Shown here in pieces: positions 31,656-44,100 of a DNA stretch of 64,000 nt. The stretch spans positions 43,965 through 107,964 of the forward strand of contig MU008222.1 of assembly GCA_010909165.1 (NCBI GenBank). The letters run 5' to 3'. Made by a program: the position numbers and the translations under genes. How positions within the stretch are numbered: the stretch's first letter is position 1; every line of letters begins with the position of its first letter. The notes under the pieces were generated by a model. It saw nothing but the letters and a program-made list of their open reading frames with translations. It was not told where the DNA came from and made no database searches. The DNA comes from Anthoceros angustus. Lineage: Eukaryota > Plantae > Anthocerotophyta.

Positions 31656-34600
31656 TGCTCGCAGCTTGCAAGCTGCGATCGCGCATGACCACACCTTTGT
31701 GCATCACGCAACTCCAAACCCTAAAAGGACCTTTCCTTAAGGCTATGCATAGAGCCACCATCAAATGCTTTAAGCAAAGGCGGATAAGCGTATTATGGAT
31801 GCTTTGGCTCTAGCACCTTGTTAGAGCCCACCCAAGAAGCTTCAACTTTGGCTGCTTTTACTTGGTGGGGGTCCTTCTCCATCGAACCCCCAGACAAAAA
31901 CATTCTTATATCACTCGGTAACCATAACGATATACAAACTGAAGGACCCATAGCGGATGTCGTCATGACGATATACAAACTGAAGGACCCATAGCGGATG
32001 TCGTCATGGTTGTGTTTAGGAATGTTTTCATGTCATATGCGGCAGGAAATACACAACCCTAAAAAAAATGGGGAGATCAGATTGGTACGCCATAGTTGAA
32101 AGCTAGTTTGCGGACATACAATACATTATTAGAAAACTTAAGTAGTGTTAAGTCTGCCTTGACTTAACGGGGTCCATGCACATCTATCTATGCACACAAA
32201 AAACCTGTGAGATGAGACAATAGCTTCTAGCTCATACATACGCCTGTTCATGTCATTGCTTGCATTTGTGAAACAACATAGTGAACACAAGCAGAGATAA
32301 AAATCTTTGGGATGGTCACACATATGCTCATCAATAGTTCAAGCAAGGAGGCACATGCATGCTCATATGAGGGCGTGCTATGGTCGATCTTTGCAAGGAT
32401 CGGAAAATACAATTCACAACAAGGAAGTCTGCGGGCTTCACAAGGAAGAGCAATGATGGCGGGCAAACACTCTTGAATCGGCATCGGGCACTCCTACGAT
32501 TGACAAAACTTCAATCGGGATACGAGAGAGGGTGGCAAGCCACCCATGGGCATGGAGAGCAGGCAAGCCACCGTGGGCGTGGAGAGGTGGCAGCTCGCCG
32601 CACCAGGCTGCGATCGCATGACCACACCTTTGTGCATCACGCAACTCCAAACCCTAAAAGGACCTTTCGTGCGGCTATGCATAGAGCCACCATCAAATGC
32701 TTTAAGCAAAGGCGGATAAGCGTTAGCTTGCGGATGCTTTGGCTCTAGCACCTTGTTAGAGCCCACCCAAGAAGCTTCAACTTTGGCTGCTTTTTTACTT
32801 GGTGGGGGGTCCTTCTCTCCATCGAACCCCGACAAAAACATTCTTATATCACTCGGTAACCATAACGATATACAAACTGAAGGACCCATAGCGGATGTCG
32901 TCATGACGATATACAAACTGAAGGACCCATAGCGGATGTCGTCATGGTTGTGTTTAGGAATGTTTTCATGTCATATGCGGTGAAATACACAACCCTAAAA
33001 AAAATGGGGAGATCAGATTGGTACGCCATAGTTGAAAGCTAGTTTGCGGACATACAATACATTATTAGAAAACTTAAGTAGTGTTAAGTCTGCCTTGACT
33101 TAACGGGGTCCATGCACATCTATCTATGCACACAAAAAACCTGTGAGATGAGACAATAGCTTCTAGCTCATACATACGCCTGTTCATGTCATTGCTTGCA
33201 TTTGACGAAACACTGTAGCGAACACAAACAGATAAAAATGCTGGGATGGTCACACATATGCTCATCAATAGTTCAAGCAAGGAGGCACATGCATGCTCAT
33301 ATGAGGGACGTGCTATGGTCAGTGCTGCAAGGATCGGAAAATACAATTCACAACAAGGAAGTCTGCACGACGGGCTTCACAAGGAAGAGCAATGATGGCA
33401 GGCAAACACTCTTGAATCGGCATCAGGCACTCCTACACGATTGACAAAACTTCAATCGGGATACAGAGAGAGGGTGATGGCTCCAACACCAAGATAATGG
33501 CCTCATGGCCTAGGTAGTGGGCAAAGGGATACAGGCCCTAGGCGTGTTCCTGATGGATCATCTGAATACAATACCATTTTAAAGGGTGCCCAAGGCATCC
33601 TTTCGTACGCTTAAGTTATGACCATCGCCTAGCAAAATGTGGACATACACACATTCCCATATCAAGCTGCCCTGGATGGTCGGCTACACACGCCCAAGCA
33701 TTCATCTAAACGCCAAAGAAATGTTGAGAAATTCAGGCCCTTACACCTGGCACACCCCGGCCTAGATCCTCGTCCGCATGAGCGATATTATCTACATTAC
33801 TATGTCTACTTCACACACGCATATGTGCAGGAGCCAATCCACAAGAGCTCAATCACAAGACTTAACTTCAACAACTGGAAGTAACCAAGGTTCAGACTTC
33901 AAACACAGCCTTTGCTCATGACAGTTTCACCAAAAGAAAGCAAGACACCACTTCCTACCTTGTTGAGAGTTTCAGCAAGCCTAACAAGGCACAATTTAAG
34001 GCCAAACTCATAATGGCCATTTCCATCTTGTCCTCCGACACAAAGTCGGATTTGAGCAATGAAAACTAGAATTTGGGAGCACCGGCAATGCGAGCTAGCA
34101 ACTCTACAATTGCAACATGGGCAGCTTTCTTAAACTGCCCCCTCTGAGGGCAGTATTGCCAAGGAAGACACAATGACGTCCATAAACAAGATCTCGTTCT
34201 TCGTCATCGCTACCACCCTCAGCTTCACTTCAATCTTCACGAGATCAAGAGTATAGAGCAATCATTCACTCTCAGGTCATATGCCTGCGGGAGCATAAGA
34301 ATGGCAACACAAAGGTGTGGAAAATAGGTTTCAGATGCATTCACTAATAGGGGATGACTTTTGGAGGCTCTAGAGCAAGTCAAAAAGGTCACTAGATGGG
34401 AAAATACTCTTATCTTTCTTGCTACTTAGTAGTCATAAAGAATTGATTTGTGGACTTGCTTGCATGTCAGAGGCAGGTAGTTAAGAGCATCCAGAGAAGA
34501 CGAAATCATCAAAATGCAAAGTCCCCACACACACTCAAGCAAGTCCCGCCGGGGGTGCCATTGTTAAGTTTGCTATGACTTAATGGGGTCCGTGCACATC

Positions 34601-35328
34601 TACGCACACATAAACATGTAAGGTGAGACAATAGCTACTAGCTCATACATAAGCTTGTTCATGTCATTGCTTGCATATGACAAAACACTCTAGTGAACAT
34701 GGACAGAAAGAAATGTTGGGATGGTCAGACATATGCACATCAATGGTTCAGGCAACGAGGCACATGCATGCTCATATCAAGGACGTGCTATGGTCAGTGC
34801 TGCAAGGATTGGACTACACAATTCGCAACATGGAGGTCTACACGACGGGCTTCACAAGGAAGAGCAATGATGGCAGGCAAACACTCTTGAATCGGCAATC
34901 CTACAGAGACAACACTGCATACACGAAAAGGGTGATGGCTCCAATGCCAAGAGAATGGCCTGATGGCCTAGGTAGTGGGCAAAGGGTTACAGGCCTAGGC
35001 ATGTTCCTATTGAATTGCCATTGATCATCTAAATACAATACCATTTTAAAAGGTGCCCAAAACATCCCATTCATATGCTTAAATTATGACTACCATGCTT
35101 AAATCATGACTACCACCTCGCAAATCACACACCCATATCAAGCATGTAATGCCCTAGATGCTCGGCTACACGCACAAGCATTCATGGCTACTTCTAAACA
35201 CCAAAGAAACGTTAAGAAACCCTGGCCCTAATAGCACCTATTCATAATAAATTAAATAAAATATTCAAGGAAATAAAGAATTTTTATTACACAACTATTT
35301 TACACGTGTTTTCACGAGAAAAACTATT

Positions 35329-38229
35329 TTACACGTGGATAATATCTGCACTATTGGAATAGTTTCTGTCTCCAACAGAAAAAGTATGCACCACCCCATC
35401 CAGGTCTGTCCACCAACTTTGGCCTGGCTGCTTCCAGGCCCCGATTCCCGTTCTCCTCGACTGTATTTCCTGTGCCTTCTCCCACATCTGGGCACCGGTG
35501 TATACGTTCGACATCAAGACATAAGCTGCAGCATCTTTCTCGTCTAGCTTCACTGCTTCATCAAAGGCATGGCATCCAACCTCTACATTGCTCCACTTCT
35601 GACACGCACCCAAAAGTGTGTGCCAAACGGCAGCATCAGGGGTTGCAGGTATTACGCTTACAAAAGCTAGTGCCTCGTCCAATTGGCCCGCACGACCCAT
35701 GAGGTCCACCATGCATGTGTAGTGCTCTGCTCTGGGAATGATGCCATATTGTCTAATCATGGCCTCAAAGTGTTCTTGCCCTTTACTGACTAGACCTGCA
35801 TGACTGCATACCGTCAGTATACTAAGTACGGTGATGTCGTCTGGCTGTTTGCCATCCTCTCTCATTCTGAGAAACGACTCAAATACCATTTGACTGTCTC
35901 CTTGATAGGTGTAGCCTGCAATCAGTGCATTCCAGGCGACAACGTCCCGTTTGGGCAACGCCTCAAACACATGTTGTGCATCAACCATGCTCCCAGATTT
36001 TGAATACATGTTGATCAAACTGACAGCCACAAGCACGTCAGCTTGAAGACCTCGTTCTTCGGTTTGCGCATGAAGCTGCCTTCCAAGTTGCAAAGCTGCA
36101 ACATTTGCACAAGCATGCAGTAGGCACGCGAATGTCAGAGAATCGGGTGCCACGATGCCCTCTTCTTGCATAACAGTGTAGAGGGAAAGGGCTTCCTGCC
36201 CCATGCCCTGCTGGGAATTCCCTGCTATCATGGCATTCCAAGTCGCTACGTTCTTTTTATCGAGTCTGTCGAACAAGCCGCGAGCTTCTTCCAAGCTGCC
36301 AGATTTTGCATAACCTGCTATTATGGCATTACACATCACCACATTTTTTGGAGAAAGTCCGTCAAACACTCTTTGAGCATCATCCAAACTGCCACACTTT
36401 GCATACATATTCACCAGGCTGCAGCCCAGAAACAAATCCACTTTAAGTCCTTGTTCTCTTATCTGTGCATGAAGCTGCTTTCCCTTCCCCAAAGCCTGTG
36501 TACCCACACTTGCACATGCCTGCAAGAGGCACACAAATGTCACCGAATTTGGTGCAGCAATACCGTCTGCTTGCATAGCACTGTAAAGATCAAGGGCTTC
36601 CTGACCCATGCCCTGCTGGGCATATCCTGCTATCAAAGCAGTCCACGTCACCACATTCTTTTGACCAAGCCCATCAAAGACGCTCTGAGCATCTTCCAAG
36701 CGGCCACACTTTGCATACATGTTTACAAGGCTGCAACCTACAACACTGTCGGTCTGAAACCCCTGTTCTGCAATCTGTGCATGCAGATGCCTCCCATTCT
36801 CCAAAGCAGGGATACCCACGCTGGCACATGCCTGTAAGAGGCACACAAAAGTCACAGAATCAGGGGTAGCGATACCTTCTTCTTGCATAGCAATGTAAAG
36901 ATGAAGGGCTTCGTCGCCCAAATTCTGCTGTGAGTATCCTGCCATCATAGCATTCCATGTCACTACATTTTTTTGACTAAGTCCGTCAAACACTCTCTGA
37001 GCATCTTCCAAGCTGCCACACTTGGCATACATGTTTACGAGACTGGAACCTACAACCAAATCACCCTGAAGCCCTTGCTCTTGAATCTGTGCATGAATCC
37101 GTCTACCCTTCTCCAAAGCTGGGGCACCCACACTGGCACAAGCCTGCAGGACGGCGACAAATGTCACAGAAGTAGGTGCCGAGATGGCTTCCTCTTGCAT
37201 AGCGCTGTAAAGAGTAAAGGCTAATTGGCCCATGCCCCTCTGAGAATATCCTGATATCATGGCATTCCATGTCACCACATCCTTTTGATGAAGTTTGTCA
37301 AACACTGTTTGAGCATCTTCCAAGCTGCCACACTTGGCATACATGTCCACCAGGCAATTACAAACAAACAAATTAGGCTCAAACCCACTGGCCAAAACAT
37401 CAGCATGCACCTGCTGCCCAGTTTCCAAGTCTGCTGCCCTTGCACACGCCTGAAGGGCTGCTACAAACACATGGCCATCTGGGTTCACACTTGACCTGCG
37501 CATCTCGTGATACAGTTGTAGAGCCTGCTTATCTCGTCCGTGTTTGACATGAGCGGCAATTATGGCAGACCACGTGAAGGCATCTGGTTTGGACACCGCC
37601 GTGAATACTTCCATTGCTTCTTGCAACCTGGCATGAGAAGCATACATCCGCATGATGTGATTGCACAAGAACGTGTCTGACTCATATCCCCCCCTCACAA
37701 TGAGAGCATGAACGCGGCGGCCCAAAGGAAGAACCATACCTCTCTTCAGGACCGAGTAAAAGAGAGACTGAGAAATGGCACAACCTGTCTGCACGAGAAC
37801 TCCTAGAGCTTCAACAGCCTCCGGGAGCTTCCACTTCTGACAAAATTCGCTCACACTTTCAGGCGTTGCGCCGCTTTTGTACCCTGGAGACCCGCCAGGG
37901 TCACGATCATCTAGCAGGCTCGAGTTGGCTGTGCAGTCACGCCGACCGATTTTACTTTCCAGAGCAGCATCTGGGTAGCAGATGTTGTCTAGCCACAGGG
38001 CTTCCGGGGACTCCCCAAGCCAGAAGTCAGGCAAATGGGAGCCTTTCTTACGTTCGTTTGCTACAGGGTCAAGAGAAGCTGTTGCCACAAGAAGCCCTGT
38101 CGCCCTCCGTCTGGATGATGTGCAATGGGAGAGGGAGCCATGATCCCCAGAAGCTCTTGAGTCAAGGCTGAATCCAAATCCCAGCTCCAGTGTTCCAATT
38201 GGGGTAGCGAGGGAGGTAACACTGTCCAT
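35329..38229 (-). CDS. PLS-class PPR protein (966 aa from first ATG), with a putative plastid transit peptide, ending just after a WW-type PG box (no deaminase domain)
   Basis: Uninterrupted ORF with more than 20 P/L/S motifs, E1/E2 and WKQPGQSWWTDLDGVVHTFSVGD, followed by 12 residues and a stop. No HxE or CxxC motif. Confidence 0.9.
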   Translation of the reverse strand: MDSVTSLATPIGTLELGFGFSLDSRASGDHGSLSHCTSSRRRATGLLVATASLDPVANERKKGSHLPDFWLGESPEALWLDNICYPDAALESKIGRRDCTANSSLLDDRDPGGSPGYKSGATPESVSEFCQKWKLPEAVEALGVLVQTGCAISQSLFYSVLKRGMVLPLGRRVHALIVRGGYESDTFLCNHIMRMYASHARLQEAMEVFTAVSKPDAFTWSAIIAAHVKHGRDKQALQLYHEMRRSSVNPDGHVFVAALQACARAADLETGQQVHADVLASGFEPNLFVCNCLVDMYAKCGSLEDAQTVFDKLHQKDVVTWNAMISGYSQRGMGQLAFTLYSAMQEEAISAPTSVTFVAVLQACASVGAPALEKGRRIHAQIQEQGLQGDLVVGSSLVNMYAKCGSLEDAQRVFDGLSQKNVVTWNAMMAGYSQQNLGDEALHLYIAMQEEGIATPDSVTFVCLLQACASVGIPALENGRHLHAQIAEQGFQTDSVVGCSLVNMYAKCGRLEDAQSVFDGLGQKNVVTWTALIAGYAQQGMGQEALDLYSAMQADGIAAPNSVTFVCLLQACASVGTQALGKGKQLHAQIREQGLKVDLFLGCSLVNMYAKCGSLDDAQRVFDGLSPKNVVMCNAIIAGYAKSGSLEEARGLFDRLDKKNVATWNAMIAGNSQQGMGQEALSLYTVMQEEGIVAPDSLTFACLLHACANVAALQLGRQLHAQTEERGLQADVLVAVSLINMYSKSGSMVDAQHVFEALPKRDVVAWNALIAGYTYQGDSQMVFESFLRMREDGKQPDDITVLSILTVCSHAGLVSKGQEHFEAMIRQYGIIPRAEHYTCMVDLMGRAGQLDEALAFVSVIPATPDAAVWHTLLGACQKWSNVEVGCHAFDEAVKLDEKDAAAYVLMSNVYTGAQMWEKAQEIQSRRTGIGAWKQPGQSWWTDLDGVVHTFSVGDRNYSNSADIIHV

Positions 38230-38420
38230 ATGCGGTGCTAGAACCCAGCTTCCGCGATCTCGAGACCGGTACAGAGTTCCAGCAAATCCGACTACTACAA
38301 AGCTTCTCCTGCTGCAAATTGAACGTTTGTGAACAAGCACGTGTCATGAATTTGGTGAACATTCATTGACCCTGCTCCAGCCTCCATACGCTCACCAAAT
38401 GTCAGAAAAGTAGTGACCTC

Positions 38421-39026
38421 TCACGGCTTGTTTAGGGCGTGTGCGATCGCCAGCTTCTCGCTCTGCACACACAAAAAGAGCTTCCTTTCCACCACTGCCC
38501 CCCAATGCCAAGTGCTCCTTCGGTCTGGGGAAAAGCTCCATCAGCCGGGATGCTTTTATCCCCAACCAAAGACTATGCACGACTCCATCCAAGTCTATCC
38601 ACCAGCTCTGGCCAGGCTGCTTTCTGGCCCCGATTCCTGTTCTCCTCGCCTGCATATCCTGTGCCTGCTCCCACATCTCGGCAGCGGTGCATATGCTGGA
38701 CACAGCACAGACGCTGCGGCATCTTTGCTGTCCTGCTTCACTGCTGCATGGAAAGCATGGCTTCCAATTTTCAACCTCAGCATTGTTCCACTTTCGACAA
38801 GGTGCCAATGGATTATGGCCAACTGAAGCTTTCGGCGTTGTCCTTACCAAAGGATGTGTAAACACGTATAAGCTAGGTTCTTGCTTACGTCTTCACAGCT
38901 GATGTTGTCGCTGGGGCTGAAGTGTCGGCGTGTCCTGGTGTTGTAGGCGCTGGTGGTGCCCAAGTGCTGGAGCGTTGGATGACTGGCTTCAGCATACTGT
39001 CGTAGAAGGTGCGACATGGGCGCCAT
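38421..39026 (-). pseudogene. Internally deleted PPR-DYW:WW pseudogene (leader exon, then E2, PG box and partial DYW)
   Basis: Exon MAPMSHLLRQ..ISCED|gtaagc (39026-38889), then frameshifted W..C.KW.N.E, KDAAASVL, ARKQPGQSWWIDLDGVVH and QSEKLAIAHAL. Confidence 0.8.
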
Positions 39027-39234
39027 CCCGGAGGCAGATCCACTTCGGTGATGGCGTTTGTATTGTGAAGGGACCTGCAAACTAATATGCAAGCGTGGAT
39101 TTCTCTTGAATCCTTTCTTCCTGTTTTGCGCTTCAGCTAGGGTACCTCACCAAATCACTTGCTCCCTCCCTATGAAGCTTGGGAAATCACTTGCTCCCTC
39201 CCTATGAAGCTTGGGAAGTTCGATAAACAGGTTA

Positions 39235-39480
39235 TGCATGCGCTCGGGACATCATTGGCCCAGACATCTTCGACTGCACCGCAGGGGTTTGGCAAGGCAG
39301 CAAGTGTCCCTACCTGTCCCCTTTAGGGGCACTGGTCTCCCTACCTATCGCCTTTGGGGGCACTGGTATGTTGGCCATGGAGACTTCAGCGCCGGCAGCC
39401 TTCCTTGGGATTTGGGCCCTCTTTGTTCTTGTCTTGGCCACTCAGTTCATTATCCGAAATTACCCCATCGTGTAGGCCTT
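39235..39480 (+). mobile_element. CRE-like RT-thumb fragment (diverged third copy)
   Basis: RDIIGPDIFDC..LPIAFGGTGMLAMETSAPAAFLGIWAL aligns with 28408-28680. Confidence 0.75.
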
Positions 39481-39534
39481 CCTCCCTTATTAAGGAAGTT
39501 AGAAATAAAAAGAGACCACGTTAGTTCAGTACCA

Positions 39535-41146
39535 TGTTGGTTAGTCTAACTAGGCCTTAGTATTAAATGTAGTTAGTTAAATAGCAGGCTACCGAAAGGA
39601 CACAACCCTTCGTAATCCTTTTATAAACCCACCTATGAGCCTAAAGCATAGAGACTACTATTCATGTTAGTTAAATAGCAGGCTACCGAAAGGACACAAC
39701 CCTTCGTAATCCTTTTATAAACCCACCTATGAGCCTAAAGCATAGAGACTACTATTCATGATCATTCATTCTTAATAAAGCATTTATTTGATGAACACGA
39801 TAATATGAGAACCCGCTTCCGAAAATCAGAAACCCTCTTGTGAACATCTTGACAGTACCTACAATGCATGTTTAACATCTTGACATTACCTACAATGCAT
39901 GTTTAACATCTTGACAGTACTTACAATGCATGTTTAAGCATGTTTTGATTAGATCGTTAGCATCCAAGGTTGAAAAAGCCACAGGGAAAGCGATGACAGA
40001 GGATGAGCTTTGCCTCCGAATGCTCTTCTCACTTCCTTCTTCTTGGAATCATTTCCTCACTTCCTACACAACAGCACAAAGCACAGACAGAGAAGTTTGC
40101 TAAGAGCATTGGGAAGGAAATGCCAAATATGACATTTTCTGAGCTGGTTGGAGCCTTACTTCAAGACAAATCTAGCAGAGGTCCCAATAAACGTCTTGGC
40201 AAACAGCAGGCACTCTATACTTCCAATCGAGGAAAGAAGGGTTGGAAACCCAATTCTCAAGGAGGTGGAGCTAATACCTCACCAGGAGGTGGTTCTCAGG
40301 AAATAGCTTCCTCCAGCAAGAAGAAGAGGTCAGGTATTTGCCATTGGTGTAAGATGGGCGTTATTTCCTAACTTTTACAAATGATAAAAGTCGTTTTGTG
40401 ACATCTTATATCCTCAGACATAAGAGTGAATGTTTCTCCTACTTCAAGGAGTACATTAAATTTGTAGATTGATGGACAGGAAAACAGCTCAAAACTCTCA
40501 GATCTGATAATGGTGGAGAGTTTACCTCTAATGAGTTTCAGCAGTTTTGCAAGGATGAAGGCACTGGACGCCAACTTACTGTTGTGTACTCACCACAGCA
40601 AAATGGGGTGGCTGAGCGTCTGAATCTTACATTGCAGGAGATGGTTTCCTCTTTGCTCCATGATGCTCAGTTGCCGCTCCCTTACTGGGCTGAAGCCTTG
40701 ATGACTTCTACTTTCCTTCGGAACAGGTTACCAACCACTGCTGTTGTTGGACAAACCCCTTATGAAGCCTTTACAGGAAGGAAACCCTCAATTAGGCATT
40801 TGAGGACTTTTGGCTGCCTTGCATATGCTTTCGTTCCTAAAGCAAAACGTAGCAAGCTTTCAGATAAAGCACGTAAACTGCTTATGCTGGGATATATAGA
40901 GGGGATAGAGGCTTACAAGTTGTATGATGTCCTTTCCAACAAGGTCATCTATGCCAGGAGTGTTACATTTGATGAGACACGAACTTGGGTGTCAGTGGGA
41001 GCTCACCACCATGCTCCCGAACCTGATAGTGAGAACTTTCTCGATGTCTCTCATTTTGACCTAACAAGTCCTGGCATTCAGGATCCCCATGTTGAGGATC
41101 TTGCTCCTGTAGGAAGGGATAACCAGGCAACGTTAGAAGAACCTCC
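39535..41146 (+). mobile_element. Ty1/copia element 5' part (putative LTR 39535-39797, partial gag, integrase); appears to resume at 45601-45900
   Basis: TG..CA LTR-like block, LFSLPSSWNHF gag, CHWC, RSDNGGEF, QQNGVAERLN, WAEALMTSTFLRNRLP. The linker PRHSTRHRPP follows the gypsy insert. Confidence 0.85.
39577..39759. repeat. Approximately 91-bp tandem duplication in the copia LTR; a 31-bp x3 minisatellite follows at 39844-39936
   Basis: gttagttaaatagcaggctacc...ctattcat x2; aacatcttgacagtacctacaatgcatgttt x3. Confidence 0.85.
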
Positions 41147-44100
41147 TGTGGGGTGGAAACTTGTGTCTAGAGACACCATGAGGTCCACATTCACCCTCAA
41201 TGTCGTTGTAGGCCTAGGATTCGCTCCCAAGGGAATGGTTTGTGCCAAGAGACGCTAACTTCTATCGCTATTGACCTTCGCCTAAGTCAGGGCGTACCTG
41301 CTATCACTCCTCTTACCTATCTACTCAACTACTACTACCTCTCGACTTGTCTAACTACCCCAGATCCTATTCCCCGAGCACAGATCTTTATTCCACAACC
41401 CCCGTTCCCGAGCTACTACCACGGTGGCTCTCACCACTACCGGGTAGTTGCTACGACTACTGAGGTGGGTCCCACGCCAAACCCTAGCAACTTATTTCTG
41501 GCGCGCGGCACCGTGGATCTCTGCCACGGACGGTTACCACTGCGCACAGATCAGACTTTATTTTGCACTCCACACTTCATGCACACACCGATTCCTAGAG
41601 ACCAAAGTTCCACAGATCCCTCTCAACCGCTCTCACACACACACAAAGGGCGCCACACTCACACAATTTCCACAAGGGAACGCTGTTTTCTCTTGTGCAC
41701 ACTTCCACCGACAACACCGGTTTGGATTCTCTTCGATCCACAAAAATCTCCACTGTTAGTTTCCCAATTAGTTCTCCTTCTCAACTCCTCTTTACTGTCC
41801 TCTCACACCGTGATCACAGTATACAATGTTCCACCTTGACCCAATCTTCTTTCTCTTCCTCGATTCGCTTCACCCAATCTTCTCTCTCTCGCGCGATTCG
41901 CCCCTCAGGCTTCCAACCACACACCCACACACACTCTTAATTTCGGAACACAACCAGCAGGAAAAGGGAGAGGGGAAAGAAGAATTCTCAGGCGTCATAG
42001 CAGGCGTTACGAGCAAGCTCCAAACCCGCCCCGCAGCAATCCCTCGATTTCCTCCTCCATTGTCGTGGAGCGCCTACCACCCCCCCGGTTGTGAGCAAGC
42101 TCGACCACCCTAGGAGTGTCTCGCACCCACCTCCATCGATCGGACATCTCCAACCAAATAGTGCGCTGGGGATCTCAACCGCTCTCACACACACACAGGC
42201 GCCACACTCACAATTTCCACAAGGGAACGCTGTTTTCTCTTGTGCACACTTCCACCGACAACACCGGTTTGGATTCTCTTCGATCCACAAAAATCTCCAC
42301 TGTTAGTTTCCCAATTAGTTCTCCTTCTCAACTCCTCTTTACGGTCTCACACCTCGCATCGCGTACAATGTTCAGTCACTCCTTGACCCAATCTTCTTTC
42401 TCTTCCTCGATTCGCTTCACCCAATCTTCTCTCTCTCGCGCGATTCGCCCCTCAGGCTTCCAACCACACACCCACACACACTCTTAATTTCGGAACACAA
42501 CCAGCAGGAAAAGGGAGAGGGGAAAGAAGAATTCTCAGGCGTCATAGCAGGCGTTACGAGCAAGCTCCAAACCCGCCCCGCACCAATCCCTCGATTTCCT
42601 CCTCCATTGTCAGCGAGGAGCGCTCTACCACCCCCCTTCCCCCCGGTTGCGGAGCAAGCTCTCGACCACCCCTAGGAGTGTCTCGCGCACCCACCTCCAT
42701 CGATCGGACATCTCCAACCAGCCACAGGCAGCGTGGGGATCTCAACCAGGAATTATTTGATGTGAGGGGCAAACCAGTTTATACAACGGTTGGGTGTCTT
42801 CGCCTGCACTCTGTGTCCTAAAACCCTGAACGCCGAAGATACAATAAGCGGCCTTAGGTCCGTGGATGGCACCTATCCGTTCGGTTCTATTCCTAGGATG
42901 CCACTACTCTTTGCCTACGTTATCTTCGCGCCTTCCTCCGATTTGGTCGCCTGGCCCTCCGTCCTCTGCTGCCACCTCCATGGGCCCTTTTCCCTCGCCG
43001 CTAGTCTGACAAATCCTCCCACAGAACCTCAAGCTCGCTTCCACTGCTGATTGACTCCTCGCATCTAATCTAGGGTGTGTCCTGCTCCTGAGCTCCATCC
43101 ACCCTTGCTTGCTGCCTATTGCTGAGGATCACACGGCTCTTCTTCCACCTACGCCGGCTTCCTCCTCCTGGAGTCCTTCAAGACCGCCTCCCAGATAATA
43201 GGAGCCCCCATACCCGCATGGAAGGACCATCCGCCCGAGTCCTCACTCTGCGTAAGTAAGCCCTAGTTCCTCTTATTCCCACACGCACATGGACAAGGTT
43301 AAGCACATATTCACATAGAGACTGTGAACATAAGATTCCTCATCCATGTGCCGCAACATAATATAGCCGGCTCAGCAGCATGAGGTGCTCACCCCTCCTC
43401 CGTGGGCTCCCCCCCCGGCCGAACCATGCCTCGAAGGATGCCGCCGCCTCGCCCGCCACACGCTCATGGTTGCCTCAGAGGTGGGTTCTCCAACGTCGGT
43501 GGAGATTTCCGCCACCCCGGTAGTAGACTCCACCATGACGGTCGCTCCACAACCATGGTAGGGTTTCGCTCATGATGCGTCTCTCCCTTTACTCGAGTGG
43601 CTTCCACTACCTCGGTGCGTGGACCCTCTTGCTCCTCTTCCTTTCCTTCTCCTTCCTCGACTCGGCCGCCTCATCTCGTTCCGCTTGTCTTAGGTACCTT
43701 CGGACCTTCTCCACAGAGGCTACCTCTTGTCGTGGGCCCGCAATAGCCTCCCCTGCATCTCCGATTTGCTTCATGGGCATCCTGATCCGGCCATGAGCCA
43801 TTCCTGCTGACTCGTCATGGACTGTTACTCCTCCCGGGCCTTGTGTAAATCCTTCTAGACTTTGATCCTCGCCTCCTCCAGTGCCTGCTTGTCTTCCTCT
43901 AACTGTTTTCGCCTAGCCTCCTCCTCATCGAATTTAGCCTTTACCACTTCCTCCGCCGCCTCGCACACAGCCGTGAGTGCCAACGCCTGGTCCAAAGATG
44001 TCCGACCGAGCCCAAAGGCATTGTCAACTCCTGCAGATCCACTTGTTGAGGAGGGGCCGCGCCGGATGCCATTCCCCTGTCAAGCACCCTTTTCCCCAAC

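Larger units (their letters stand above)
28750..35280. repeat. Complex tandem array of an unclassified repeat (units about 28750-30500 and 30500-32225, with partial or diverged copies to about 35200)
   Basis: Long near-identical blocks, e.g. ctagctccaaattcatatatctcc at about 28755 and 30506, and ctagctcatacata at about 32226, 33163 and 34638. No recognisable coding domain. Confidence 0.8.

Noticed and set aside
32138-32323. Cys-rich CxxLC..CF stretch reminiscent of a piggyBac C-terminal zinc ribbon
   Set aside because: The spacing is not convincing, it is not conserved in frame among copies, and no transposase core is nearby.
33959-34284. Possible minus-strand exon (ctcccgcag acceptor, aag|gtagga donor)
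   Set aside because: There were stops in the frames I translated, and no recognisable protein.
36166-36837. 223-aa plus-strand ORF and neighbours
   Set aside because: These are antisense shadows of the PPR repeats.
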